The translations under genes and the position numbers were made by a program. DNA of 64,000 nt from the IMG/VR virus record IMGVR_UViG_3300029653_000167, positions 1-64,000 of that record; one strand, given 5' to 3'. The notes beneath the pieces are model-generated. The model did no database searches and was not told the DNA's origin. It saw only the letters and a list, made by a program, of their open reading frames with translations. The stretch's first letter is position 1. The number at the start of each line of letters is the position of its first letter. This DNA comes from a virus. Below are positions 17,303-25,895 of this stretch, piece after piece.

Positions 17303-18187
17303 ATGGCAAGGAGCGGATACGTGCAGCTCGTCAACGGCTTCTACGACAACGACAAGATACGTGACCTCGTGCGCATGGGACACGCCGACTCCGTTGGCAT
17401 ATTCTGCATGGCCCTCTCGCTGTGCGGCGACAGGCTCACGGACGGCTTCATATCACGACGCGCCTTGCTGTCGAACATCGGAGCCACACCGGAACAGGTG
17501 CAGGCTCTCGTGGACGAGGGGATGCTCGAAGAGGTGGACGAGGGCTGGATAATCCACGACTACACCGTCCACAACCGCACCAAGGAACAGGTGCTGCACG
17601 CGCGCGCCGACGCCAAGGAACGCAAAAGCAAATCCCGGCATCACACCACTGTCACAAGCATGTCACAGCGTGACATCGCTGTGACATCGGGACAAACACC
17701 AGAACACCAGAACACCAGAACACCAGAACACCAGAATGAATTATCTAAAGATAATTCAACTCCCCCTACCCCCTCAAAGCCTGACTTCGATGGACTGCTC
17801 GACAGTCTTGAGCGTATTTACCCGACGAACAGGTTCGACGGGAAGACCTCTCAGGCTCGAATGCAGTTGGAAATCGAATGGCCCAAGATTGTGAGAGCTG
17901 CCGGCGAGGCTGACCCGTGCGAGTTTCTTGAAGCCAAAACCCGAGCGTATGTCGGGGCCACCGAGGAACGGTTCGTGAAGACGTTCAGCCGGTTCATCGG
18001 CGGGGAACTGTACGCACGCAACTGGGAGAAACCCAAACCGGAGACCCCAAGGGCCCGGCAAGTCCAGCCGGTCAAGTCCCGCAGCCAGCAGAATCTCGAA
18101 GCGAACATGGCGAAAACTTGGCAGTACATGACCGAGGAGGAGCGTGCCCGATACTCGCAGGGAGGTCTCAATGCTCAGCAAGGGTGA
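17303..18187 (+). CDS. replication initiation/organizer protein carrying internal iterons
   Basis: N-terminal winged-helix-like region; internal 8-bp tandem repeats in the linker; first gene after a long run of tiny ORFs. Confidence 0.5.
   Translation: MARSGYVQLVNGFYDNDKIRDLVRMGHADSVGIFCMALSLCGDRLTDGFISRRALLSNIGATPEQVQALVDEGMLEEVDEGWIIHDYTVHNRTKEQVLHARADAKERKSKSRHHTTVTSMSQRDIAVTSGQTPEHQNTRTPEHQNELSKDNSTPPTPSKPDFDGLLDSLERIYPTNRFDGKTSQARMQLEIEWPKIVRAAGEADPCEFLEAKTRAYVGATEERFVKTFSRFIGGELYARNWEKPKPETPRARQVQPVKSRSQQNLEANMAKTWQYMTEEERARYSQGGLNAQQG
17693..17737 (+). repeat. tandem 8-bp repeats (CCAGAACA)x~5 inside initiator gene: candidate origin iterons
   Basis: aacaccagaacaccagaacaccagaacaccagaacaccagaatg encodes TPEHQNTRTPEHQNE linker. 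Confidence 0.55.
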
Positions 18188-18656
18188 GGCGGCGGCGTTG
18201 TTGTCGCTGATTAACGCGCATCACGGCAACGCTCAGTGGGATGATGTTCAGCTTGACGCGTTTTATTCGGAACTGCGTTCGGATATCACGGCGGTGGAGG
18301 CGCGTGAGGCCGTTCGACGCTTCTACGCGGACAACAGCACGGGTCGCTGGTGTGGTTCCGGCGACATCAACGGCATCGTCCGCAAGCTGCGCAACGGTGC
18401 GAAACCGTCCGAAGCGCAGATAGGCCGGGAGTGCGAACGTTTGGGACTGGTGGAAGATCAGGCGTGGTTGTATCGCCGGCAGCGCATGATGGGCCGTTCT
18501 TCGGACGAGTCTCGACGGGTGGCGTTGACTGCGCGTGACCCGTTGCGTTTGCCGCCCGCGAAACCCAAGCGCCGGCGTGAGGGTGGTGGTTTCAATCCGG
18601 GTTTGGGCGTGGCGTTGGACGAGGTTCTGGCGACACGCCGTCCGGCTGAATCATGA
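18171..18656 (+). CDS. hypothetical protein (replication-associated by position)
   Basis: ORF 18144..18656 from Met10; overlaps initiator end. Confidence 0.4.
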   Translation: MLSKGEAAALLSLINAHHGNAQWDDVQLDAFYSELRSDITAVEAREAVRRFYADNSTGRWCGSGDINGIVRKLRNGAKPSEAQIGRECERLGLVEDQAWLYRRQRMMGRSSDESRRVALTARDPLRLPPAKPKRRREGGGFNPGLGVALDEVLATRRPAES

Positions 18657-18691
18657 CCGGTTTGATGGCATAATTGAGAGTTGCTGACACG

Positions 18692-18718
18692 TCCGAGACC
18701 TTCAAAAAAACCGAAGGT
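18692..18718 (+). terminator. hairpin GACCTTC-aaaaaaacc-GAAGGTC after replication module
   Basis: 7-bp perfect stem followed by AAGGTCA AGGTCA direct repeat and T-rich tract. Confidence 0.3.
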
Positions 18719-18729
18719 CAAGGTCACTA

Positions 18730-19641
18730 TTGTCTTTTTCCACTGAAAACACGAGGCTCTGCCGCTACCACGGTTGCTGGCGGGATATCGTCACCGACGC
18801 GCCGTCGCCGCTTATCGGACATGGCGTCGAACCGAATCTGAATCTCCTGTGCGACAAGCACGCCAGCCAGTTGACCGGCGACCTGCGATGGTTGGAACGC
18901 AGTCTGCCCGACCTGTGCGAGTATCGCATCAACCGCGCCTACGGGCACAAGAACGGTGGCGGCGGTCAATCCGGCACTGCGCCCGCACCGTTACGCGAGG
19001 CCCTGCATGATCTGCTGTACGCGGACGATGACCACGGTTATCCGGGGTTGCAAGGCACGTTGTACGAGTGGGTGCGCAGTCTGAAAATCAATCTGCCCGA
19101 GTCCACGCCACTGTCGGACATGGTTCGCCGTATCGCCGATCATCCGAAACTCATGGAGCATTCGAGCACCCCTGTGTATGCGGAACTGGTTCACAGTCTG
19201 ACACGCAAGCTGCGTCGTTTCCTCACGGACGATGACGGGGAAACCGTATTGTACGGGCCATGCCCGGCCGACAAGTGCTTGGGTCAGCTTTCCTGCTATG
19301 CGGACGCGGAGACGGCGAAATGCCCGAAATGCGGTTTCAGTATGCCGGTAGCCCTTATCAGGGCGGAACGGGTGAAACGTCTCCTCCAATCGGAGGCGGT
19401 GAGAACCCGTGGCGAACTGTTGGACATCATCAAGGCGTGCGGGATGCGCGTGAACCGCAGCACTTTGCGCAGTTGGATACATCGAGGCCAGTTGCCTCAG
19501 CAGGGCGAGGATGCGTACAGCAATCCGCTTTACAGGTTCAGTGACTTCTACCGTCTCGCGTCCGGCTTGTCGGAGGATGCGGACGTGTGGGAGATCATGC
19601 AGGTTTCGCAAAACCAATCCAAGGAAGGAGACACCAAGTGA
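18730..19641 (+). CDS. hypothetical Cys-rich protein (TTG start)
   Basis: 303 aa; CPADKC ... CPKCGFSM. Confidence 0.45.
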   Translation: MSFSTENTRLCRYHGCWRDIVTDAPSPLIGHGVEPNLNLLCDKHASQLTGDLRWLERSLPDLCEYRINRAYGHKNGGGGQSGTAPAPLREALHDLLYADDDHGYPGLQGTLYEWVRSLKINLPESTPLSDMVRRIADHPKLMEHSSTPVYAELVHSLTRKLRRFLTDDDGETVLYGPCPADKCLGQLSCYADAETAKCPKCGFSMPVALIRAERVKRLLQSEAVRTRGELLDIIKACGMRVNRSTLRSWIHRGQLPQQGEDAYSNPLYRFSDFYRLASGLSEDADVWEIMQVSQNQSKEGDTK

Positions 19642-20417
19642 GCAACCAGATTCAACCATTCGACTTCAACAGCATTCAGGTGCGTGTCCTAACCGATGAA
19701 CACGGCAACCCGTGGTTCCTTGGAGCGGACGTATGCGCCATTCTCGGTACGGCCACCAACCATATTCGGGAATACCTCGATGCCGATGAAATCACCAATA
19801 TCCGTACTACGGACATTGCCCAGAACGGCGGCAAGGCACCCGTTTTCGTGTCCGAGTCCGGCTTGTACTCCCTCGTGTTACGCAGCCGCAAGCCCGAAGC
19901 CCGCGAGTTCAAACGCTGGGTGACGCATGAGGTGCTGCCCTCGATTCGCAAACATGGCGCGTACATGACCGAATCGACTTTGGAAAAGGCAGTCACCGAA
20001 CCCGACTTCCTTATCCGACTTGCCACACAAATCAAACAGGAGCGGGCGGAAAAGGAGAAGGCCCAAGCACAGGTCGAACGGATGCGTCCCAAAGCGTTGT
20101 TCGCTGACGCTGTGGAAACCTCGAAGACCAGCATCCTCGTGGGCGACTTGGCGAAAGTCCTGAAAGGCAATGGCGTGGATATTGGCGGCACGCGCTTGTT
20201 CGCGTGGCTGAGGGACAACGGATGGCTGATGAAAACCGGCAGCTCTCGCAACATGCCCACGCAGAAATCTATGGAATTGGGATTGTTCGAGATCAAGGAA
20301 ACCACCGTGGTTCACTCGGACGGTCACACGACCATCAACAAGACACCGAAAGTCACGGGCAAAGGTCAGACGTTCTTCGTCAACAAGTTCCTCGGACACA
20401 GGGAGATTACTCAATGA
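19638..20417 (+). CDS. phage antirepressor (Bro-N + KilAC/ANT domains)
   Basis: GTG start with AAGGAAGGAGA SD. Bro-N: FNSIQVRVLTDEHGNPWFLGADVCAILG. KilAC: AKVLKGNGVDIGGTRLFAWLRDNGWL. Confidence 0.65.
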   Translation: MSNQIQPFDFNSIQVRVLTDEHGNPWFLGADVCAILGTATNHIREYLDADEITNIRTTDIAQNGGKAPVFVSESGLYSLVLRSRKPEAREFKRWVTHEVLPSIRKHGAYMTESTLEKAVTEPDFLIRLATQIKQERAEKEKAQAQVERMRPKALFADAVETSKTSILVGDLAKVLKGNGVDIGGTRLFAWLRDNGWLMKTGSSRNMPTQKSMELGLFEIKETTVVHSDGHTTINKTPKVTGKGQTFFVNKFLGHREITQ

Positions 20418-20671
20418 GCATCAATCTTGGCACCACGGAAGTGGTATTGGGCTTGTATTCCAAGGCGCTTCAACTAGCCACGTTCACCGTGGAAGTCCCG
20501 GTGGTGGGCGAACTGGAACCGGGCAGCGTGTTTATAGGTGACGACATGCGACCATGCGCGCACGCGACCGTGATGCCGCCGCCCGACGGTTCCGTCGAAA
20601 AGGCCGTTAGAGCCGGTGTTGAAGCGTTTCAGAAGGCGTTCAACGAGTCGATGGAATCGAGGGGCATGTGA
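20414..20671 (+). CDS. hypothetical protein
   Basis: Met71 of ORF 20204..20671; ATGA overlap. Confidence 0.35.
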   Translation: MSINLGTTEVVLGLYSKALQLATFTVEVPVVGELEPGSVFIGDDMRPCAHATVMPPPDGSVEKAVRAGVEAFQKAFNESMESRGM

Positions 20672-21183
20672 ACCGGCTGAAACGACTGTTGCACTTGGAG
20701 GAGCCGGAACCGGTCGAAAAACCGGAACCTGAACCACCGGTAGTGGAACCATGCCCCATCTGCGGACTCGTACCCAAACTGAAGCATGTGTGCGTCACCC
20801 GCAACTACCGCGACTACTGGCTGGAAAAAGACTCGTGGCAGCTCTTGGAATGGTGCGATCACGTCGAAAGCATCCTTTCGTTCGCCTCGTTTTTTGAAGA
20901 CGAGAGTGTTCAGAAGTGGAATACCGGTTGCAGACGGTTGAAGGCAGTGGTTGACGAGCCGGTTCCCGAATGCCCCGCCTGCGGGGAGAAACCCGTCGTG
21001 CAAACGGACTCGGAGTCGGACATCCCCCAGCTTGTCTGCTCATGCAACGAACTGTTGAGCAATGTGGAGATAACCAACGTCTATAAGCGCAAACGCGAGT
21101 GGATACGTCGCTGCAAGGCGTTGAAACGCAAGCAGGACAATGTGAGGGAAATGGAACAGCTTATCGAAAGGGAGTCGGAATGA
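20668..21183 (+). CDS. tandem zinc-ribbon protein paralog B (CPICG ... PECPACGEKP)
   Basis: Same architecture as 3197..3697. Confidence 0.5.
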   Translation: MNRLKRLLHLEEPEPVEKPEPEPPVVEPCPICGLVPKLKHVCVTRNYRDYWLEKDSWQLLEWCDHVESILSFASFFEDESVQKWNTGCRRLKAVVDEPVPECPACGEKPVVQTDSESDIPQLVCSCNELLSNVEITNVYKRKREWIRRCKALKRKQDNVREMEQLIERESE

Positions 21184-21299
21184 AGAAGATTCGCGTCGCA
21201 TGGGATGACCTGAAGCCCGGCGATTTGATTCACCAGTTTCCGGGCGGGGATGCCCAGTATTTCAATGCCGGGAGGAACCACCCTCTCCTTTCCTTTTAA
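21180..21299 (+). CDS. 39-aa ORF running into IS left end (possible truncated gene)
   Basis: ATGA-coupled; terminates inside IS LE-like sequence. Confidence 0.2.
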   Translation: MKKIRVAWDDLKPGDLIHQFPGGDAQYFNAGRNHPLLSF

Positions 21300-21339
21300 G
21301 TCTTTTTCATTATACGCGCGTAGTGATATAATCGTAATC

Positions 21340-22782
21340 ATGTCCCAGAAGGTCGTGATAGAACGTGTTCTGATACGGGGAGCCGCCCCATATCTCGGCA
21401 TGTGTGCGACCGAGGACGGACAGCAAGTCCCCCTGTATTCGACCAATCCCGACGTAGTGATGCGTTGGCTGTGCGACGGGTGGCGTTGCCGATACAACCA
21501 GTTGCGTTCCCGTCGCACCAAGTGGGACAGGGAATCCCAGACGGCCGTCCCGTTGAACGGGAGGCCGGACATGCGTTCCGACCGTCAGGCGCGATTGGAA
21601 TGCTCATGGCTTACGGCCATGCCCGCGATGGTTTTGCAATCCCCCAACCGTATAGAGAACACCGACTGGTGGAGTGCGAACAAGCGTCGTCGGACGTTGA
21701 AGAAAAAGCATAGGAATCCGGGCATGATGCCACGGTTCAAATCCCGTCATGACGACCTGTATTTCGTCTGCTGGCACAATAAGGGGTCGAACGCCAACTA
21801 CCGGCGGTTGAACCGGCATCACGGCGAGGTCGTGATAACCGGCCAGAACCCCGGCGAATATCGTCTGGACGGCCAGCCGTGCCGGTACAGCATCCACATC
21901 CGCGTCCGCGTCAGCCAGCCCATCCGCGACTATACGAGCATCGGGGTGAACTGGACACGACGCACGCTCGTGTTCGTCAACGACCCGCTGCCGATAGGCC
22001 GTGAGCGCACGGGTGCCATGGTCGGCTTAGACAGGGGTTGCGCGCACACACTTGCCACGTCCGACAATCGTTTCCTCGACCTTCCCAAGCAGCGGTTGGA
22101 GCGTATCGACCGTGAAATACGCCGCCGTCAGAAGGCTCAGGCGCGACGGGTCAACATGTCGGGCAAGACGGTGAGGGAATACCGTCGCAATCCGAGCCGC
22201 ACCTACGAGCGTACCGGTCGGGAAATCAGCCGACTGTACGCGAAGGCCCACAGAATCATAGACGACTGGCAGCACAAAACCACCAGCATGCTCGTCCATG
22301 ACTACGACCTCATCGCGCTGGAAGACCTCAACCTGCAAGGCATGAGTCGCAAAGCCAAGGCGAAACCCGACCCAGACAGGCCGGGCGCGTACCTGCATAA
22401 CGGCCAGTCGGCGAAACGCGGCCTCAACCATGCCCTACGCTCCGCCGGTCTCGCCGGTATAGTCGAAAAACTCGAATACAAGACCCGGCTGACCGGACAG
22501 AACCGGCTTATACTCGTCAACCCCGCGTACACGTCGCAGACATGCAGTGAATGCGGTTATTGCGACAGTCGAAACCGCGAAAGCCAAGCGGACTTCGAGT
22601 GCAAGCAATGCCACATGAGCATGAACGCCGACTTGAACGCGGCCAACAACATCCTCAAACGGGGATTGAACCATCTCATCGGCTTGGACGAAGCCGAGCA
22701 CGCCGAAACGGAATCAGCCGTCCAACCCGCTTATCGCGGGAAGAACGCTTCCACCATGACGTGCGAAACCTCAACACGATAA
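21340..22782 (+). CDS. tnpB: TnpB (OrfB) RNA-guided nuclease-like protein, 480 aa
   Basis: RuvC-II IALEDLNLQGM; zinc finger CSECGYC ... CKQCH; RuvC-III NADLNAANNIL. Start refined to MSQKVVIERV. Confidence 0.8.
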   Translation: MSQKVVIERVLIRGAAPYLGMCATEDGQQVPLYSTNPDVVMRWLCDGWRCRYNQLRSRRTKWDRESQTAVPLNGRPDMRSDRQARLECSWLTAMPAMVLQSPNRIENTDWWSANKRRRTLKKKHRNPGMMPRFKSRHDDLYFVCWHNKGSNANYRRLNRHHGEVVITGQNPGEYRLDGQPCRYSIHIRVRVSQPIRDYTSIGVNWTRRTLVFVNDPLPIGRERTGAMVGLDRGCAHTLATSDNRFLDLPKQRLERIDREIRRRQKAQARRVNMSGKTVREYRRNPSRTYERTGREISRLYAKAHRIIDDWQHKTTSMLVHDYDLIALEDLNLQGMSRKAKAKPDPDRPGAYLHNGQSAKRGLNHALRSAGLAGIVEKLEYKTRLTGQNRLILVNPAYTSQTCSECGYCDSRNRESQADFECKQCHMSMNADLNAANNILKRGLNHLIGLDEAEHAETESAVQPAYRGKNASTMTCETSTR

Positions 22783-23010
22783 CAACGTGTTGGAATCCCG
22801 GTGTTTCAACACCGGGAGGACGTCAAACCTGTGGAAGGCCCGGTTACAAGCGGATATAAGCTGGTATTCGACTTTCCGTTGAAGTAGTCGGTCAAGCATG
22901 AGAATGCCGTCCTAGTGTGCTTCCATGAGAGGCAGCGGCGTCTTATAACACGCCTATCATAGCTTGAAACCCGTGAAAATCTATTTTTTATTGATCTTCA
23001 CGGGTTTCAG
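22700..23010 (+). ncRNA. candidate omega-RNA (reRNA) region overlapping tnpB 3' end and RE
   Basis: Hairpin TCCCGGTG-TTTCAA-CACCGGGA (~22797-22818) and 12-bp stem GAAACCCGTGAA / TTCACGGGTTTC (~22963-23005). Confidence 0.35.
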
Positions 23011-23062
23011 TGAATGAAAAGCATGTTTTCGTATAATCGGGCCCACGTTTTCCACTTATCCG

Positions 23063-23311
23063 TCAAAGACCGGCACGTGAATCGTATTCGTATTCGTCAT
23101 CTTCCATACCAATGAATATCGGCTCCACACCGAACATGGCCTTGAACAGTTCACGTGCGAACACATCCACTTCCTCTTTCGTAGGCTTGTGATCGTATTC
23201 CGGCCACGTGTTGAACCCATTCCAATTGCGGTTTATCGGCCATGCGCCTTGACGGGTTTCCAAACGCCATTTTCCGCTGGGCATGTGGACGATGGTGGTT
23301 TTGATGGACAT
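23063..23311 (-). CDS. hypothetical protein
   Basis: 82 aa, last gene of minus-strand block. Confidence 0.4.
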   Translation of the reverse strand: MSIKTTIVHMPSGKWRLETRQGAWPINRNWNGFNTWPEYDHKPTKEEVDVFARELFKAMFGVEPIFIGMEDDEYEYDSRAGL

Positions 23312-23419
23312 GATAGTTCCTCCTGAAAGTATATTCGGGCATGACGAAACATCATGCCTCTTGTACTTGGTTCGCTAATTCCCAGAAGGCCACAAGAGAG
23401 TCCCGTGGCCTCCAGTGTA

Positions 23420-24175
23420 TCAGTGTTTTTCGTATTCCTTGCATAGGTTGGCGGCGAACTTGGCGAGATTATCCGGGTCAAGCATATAGCTTTCCCCGCT
23501 CTCCCCCGCTTCGTCATACCATTTCCACACCTCATGCAAGGCAGCTTCCATACGCTTGGCGTTCAGACCGCCGATATCCGAGTTGCCGGCGTTCCCGAAA
23601 CCGTCAACGACTGAGAAAGCCTCGGTCAGATTTTTAATGCCAAGAATTTCAACGCCTTTTATAATGCAAGAATCAATCTCAGTCGCCTCGCTATCCTCAA
23701 CGCTGAGATAGTCCAGAAAGCTCGAGTATGGCACCAAGACACGCTTCGCGCCATGCTTAACCGCGTAGGCCACTACGTCCTTGGCGCTAATGGGAGTGGA
23801 ATGCACGTCACCATCGGCATTGATTTTGCCGATAGCCACAAGCCCCCTAAGCCCAGCCAGGTAGACGTGGGGATCATAATCTGGATTATTATTGTATTCA
23901 GCCAGCCCTCGAACCACCAACGCTATGGCAAGGTCACAAATTCCGTCAGCCTTGCCCATTGACGCCGGCGTAAGATTCACGGTGATGCGACAGTCGGGCC
24001 ATGTGATACCGCTTGCTTGCATTCCGACCTTGATACGCTCTCGCGTATTGGATAGGCCTGCGTCCGGTAATCCGATAAGACTGAAATATGGTAGTCTCTT
24101 TCGTAGAAACGCTTCCACCGTGACGCCATACAGGTGCTTGCCGGTCGTGTTAATTGTCTTGCATACGATGCTCAT
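23420..24175 (-). CDS. ComM/YifB N-terminal (ChlI/Lon-protease-like) domain protein lacking AAA+ module
   Basis: LPYFSLIGLPDAGLSNTRERIKVGMQASGITWPDCRITVNLTPASMGKADGICDLAIAL matches Mg-chelatase/ComM N-domain; no Walker A seen. Confidence 0.45.
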   Translation of the reverse strand: MSIVCKTINTTGKHLYGVTVEAFLRKRLPYFSLIGLPDAGLSNTRERIKVGMQASGITWPDCRITVNLTPASMGKADGICDLAIALVVRGLAEYNNNPDYDPHVYLAGLRGLVAIGKINADGDVHSTPISAKDVVAYAVKHGAKRVLVPYSSFLDYLSVEDSEATEIDSCIIKGVEILGIKNLTEAFSVVDGFGNAGNSDIGGLNAKRMEAALHEVWKWYDEAGESGESYMLDPDNLAKFAANLCKEYEKH

Positions 24176-24408
24176 TTAATTACCTCCTGATTCCAGTCCA
24201 ACATGTCAGCGGCCAACCATTGCCCGCCGCCTGAAGCATTGGCGTACAGCCAAGCCCCGTAAGAGATTCGAGCCGCCTTATCGCGTTTAAGCCATGCCTT
24301 CAGCCATATGAGACGCAGCTCCCAGCGTGGTATACGCCGCCACAACTCCTTGTTGACGGCGGGGTCGAAACGCTCATAACGGTAGATCGCGGTAATCAAT
24401 TCGCCCAC
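24172..24408 (-). CDS. hypothetical protein
   Basis: 78 aa. Confidence 0.35.
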   Translation of the reverse strand: MGELITAIYRYERFDPAVNKELWRRIPRWELRLIWLKAWLKRDKAARISYGAWLYANASGGGQWLAADMLDWNQEVIK

Positions 24409-24614
24409 TTTCTCTTGACATGAGAGCCGTCCTCGTAATCGGCGCTGACCATATCGTTGTCCAGTTCGTCAATGTCCAACAGGTCTCCAACGCCGTTTTC
24501 GTCAACCCAGTCGCTCAACTGGTTGAACGTCAAGCCTTTCGGCGCGGTGACGTGACGCTTCTCGATCTGCGTCACGCGCTGGTAAATCGTGTAGACTTCG
24601 GTTTCTTCATCCAT
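24396..24614 (-). CDS. hypothetical acidic protein
   Basis: 72 aa. Confidence 0.35.
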   Translation of the reverse strand: MDEETEVYTIYQRVTQIEKRHVTAPKGLTFNQLSDWVDENGVGDLLDIDELDNDMVSADYEDGSHVKRKWAN

Positions 24615-24802
24615 GATGGAAACTCCCTTGTTATTGTCCGGTAAAACGATTAACGGGACAATAGACAGCTCTAAAGTCCCGTCTAAATGCTGATTTATGT
24701 GAAAACCGCACCATAGAAAGCCCTATGATGCGGTTCTAAATGATGGTTTCTATAAGAATGACCCCATAGAACAAGTCCATGAGGCCATGAAAACGATAAC
24801 GG

Positions 24803-25192
24803 CTATACGCTCCGCCTGTATGGTGGAATGTCCAACGTGGCTTCCAATCCGTCGTTAACATGCTCCGCGTCCCTCAACGAGAGTCGTCCGAACCATTGCA
24901 GCAGTTCGCTCCTGTTGAAGTAGAAGCGTTGCGAACAGCGCACGAGTGACGGCTTCAACAGCCCCTCGGCCTTCCAGTCGAGCAGCGGCACGTCACCGGC
25001 CTCATCCCAATCAGTGTTGCCGGTTATCTTCGCCACGATACCCGACACCAGATCACCGTCAACCTCGGTGATAACCACCGGACGCGGCTTCCCGATACCG
25101 GGATGGTCGGGAAACTCGACCCACATCAGCCACACGTCATACAGGCGCGGTTCACTTGGCGTACTGGTCATAGACATCATCCTCCGGATCAT
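24803..25192 (-). CDS. MazF/PemK-family toxin (endoribonuclease)
   Basis: YDVWLMWVEFPDHPGIGKPRPVVIT matches MazF GD.IWV.FDP..GSE...RPAVV. Overlaps upstream antitoxin by ~40 nt. Confidence 0.55.
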   Translation of the reverse strand: MIRRMMSMTSTPSEPRLYDVWLMWVEFPDHPGIGKPRPVVITEVDGDLVSGIVAKITGNTDWDEAGDVPLLDWKAEGLLKPSLVRCSQRFYFNRSELLQWFGRLSLRDAEHVNDGLEATLDIPPYRRSV

Positions 25193-25436
25193 CCCAATCG
25201 GCGGGCAGTATCACATGGCCCTTCTCCGAACGCTCGAACATGTATGCATTGTGAACAGGCGGCACCGGATAACCGTCCGGCGTGTGTCGCGTCGGCCTGA
25301 ACGGCAACCCGTTGTCCACCAGAGACTGGCGTAGGAACATGTTGACGGCGGTGCTCAGGCTCATGCCCATGGAATCGTAGAGCGCGGCGGCACGCGCCTT
25401 GACGTCATCATCGATATTGGCTACCAGCTTACCCAT
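25152..25436 (-). CDS. RelB/DinJ-family antitoxin
   Basis: NIDDDVKARAAALYDSMGMSLSTAVNMFLRQSL. Confidence 0.55.
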   Translation of the reverse strand: MGKLVANIDDDVKARAAALYDSMGMSLSTAVNMFLRQSLVDNGLPFRPTRHTPDGYPVPPVHNAYMFERSEKGHVILPADWDDPEDDVYDQYAK

Positions 25437-25508
25437 AACAACCTCCTTAATGGTTAACAGATGGTATCAATCATATACCATATTGGGTTAGGAATGAGAT
25501 ATGAGTTT

Positions 25509-25805
25509 TCACCAGTAGATTCTGATTTCAGCGTCACTGCCAACCCAATTGTCAGGCAAAGCGGGGAACACTTCGCGCCACTCGGGTGTGAGACCATCCC
25601 GAAACTCGTCGTAATCATCCAACGAGAAATAGTCGCATTCATCGTAGCCATCGTCATGGCTGACACCTGATTCCAGCGCGTCCAGCATGTCAACCATATC
25701 CGAAGTGGCATTCGGATACAGCCACGTATGCACGGTATCCTCATGCCTCCAGCCTTTCAGCGGCATCGAATTGCCATAAACGGTGAGCTTGATTGAAGCG
25801 CTCAT
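25509..25805 (-). CDS. hypothetical acidic protein
   Basis: 98 aa. Confidence 0.4.
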   Translation of the reverse strand: MSASIKLTVYGNSMPLKGWRHEDTVHTWLYPNATSDMVDMLDALESGVSHDDGYDECDYFSLDDYDEFRDGLTPEWREVFPALPDNWVGSDAEIRIYW

Positions 25806-25895
25806 AATAATCTCCTAAAGAAATATTGATTTGGCTTGTAGCAAAAAATGGGTTGCCGCCCAGCGGAAGTGAGGAAAAAGCTGGACGGCAAGAAC

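Larger units (their letters stand above)
21210..23055 (+). mobile_element. IS200/IS605-family (IS1341-like) TnpB-only insertion element
   Basis: Intact tnpB, no tnpA. LE/RE share TTTCAAYRCCGGGAGGA (approx 21268 and 22806). RE hairpins. Interrupts the early + strand gene chain at the switch to minus-strand genes. Confidence 0.55.

Noticed and set aside
21250-21339. Upstream in-frame Met start for tnpB at 21250
   Set aside because: That N-terminal extension overlaps the LE-like sequence and the 39-aa ORF. MSQKVVIERV at 21340 follows a TGATATAAT -10-like box and gives a TnpB of more typical length.
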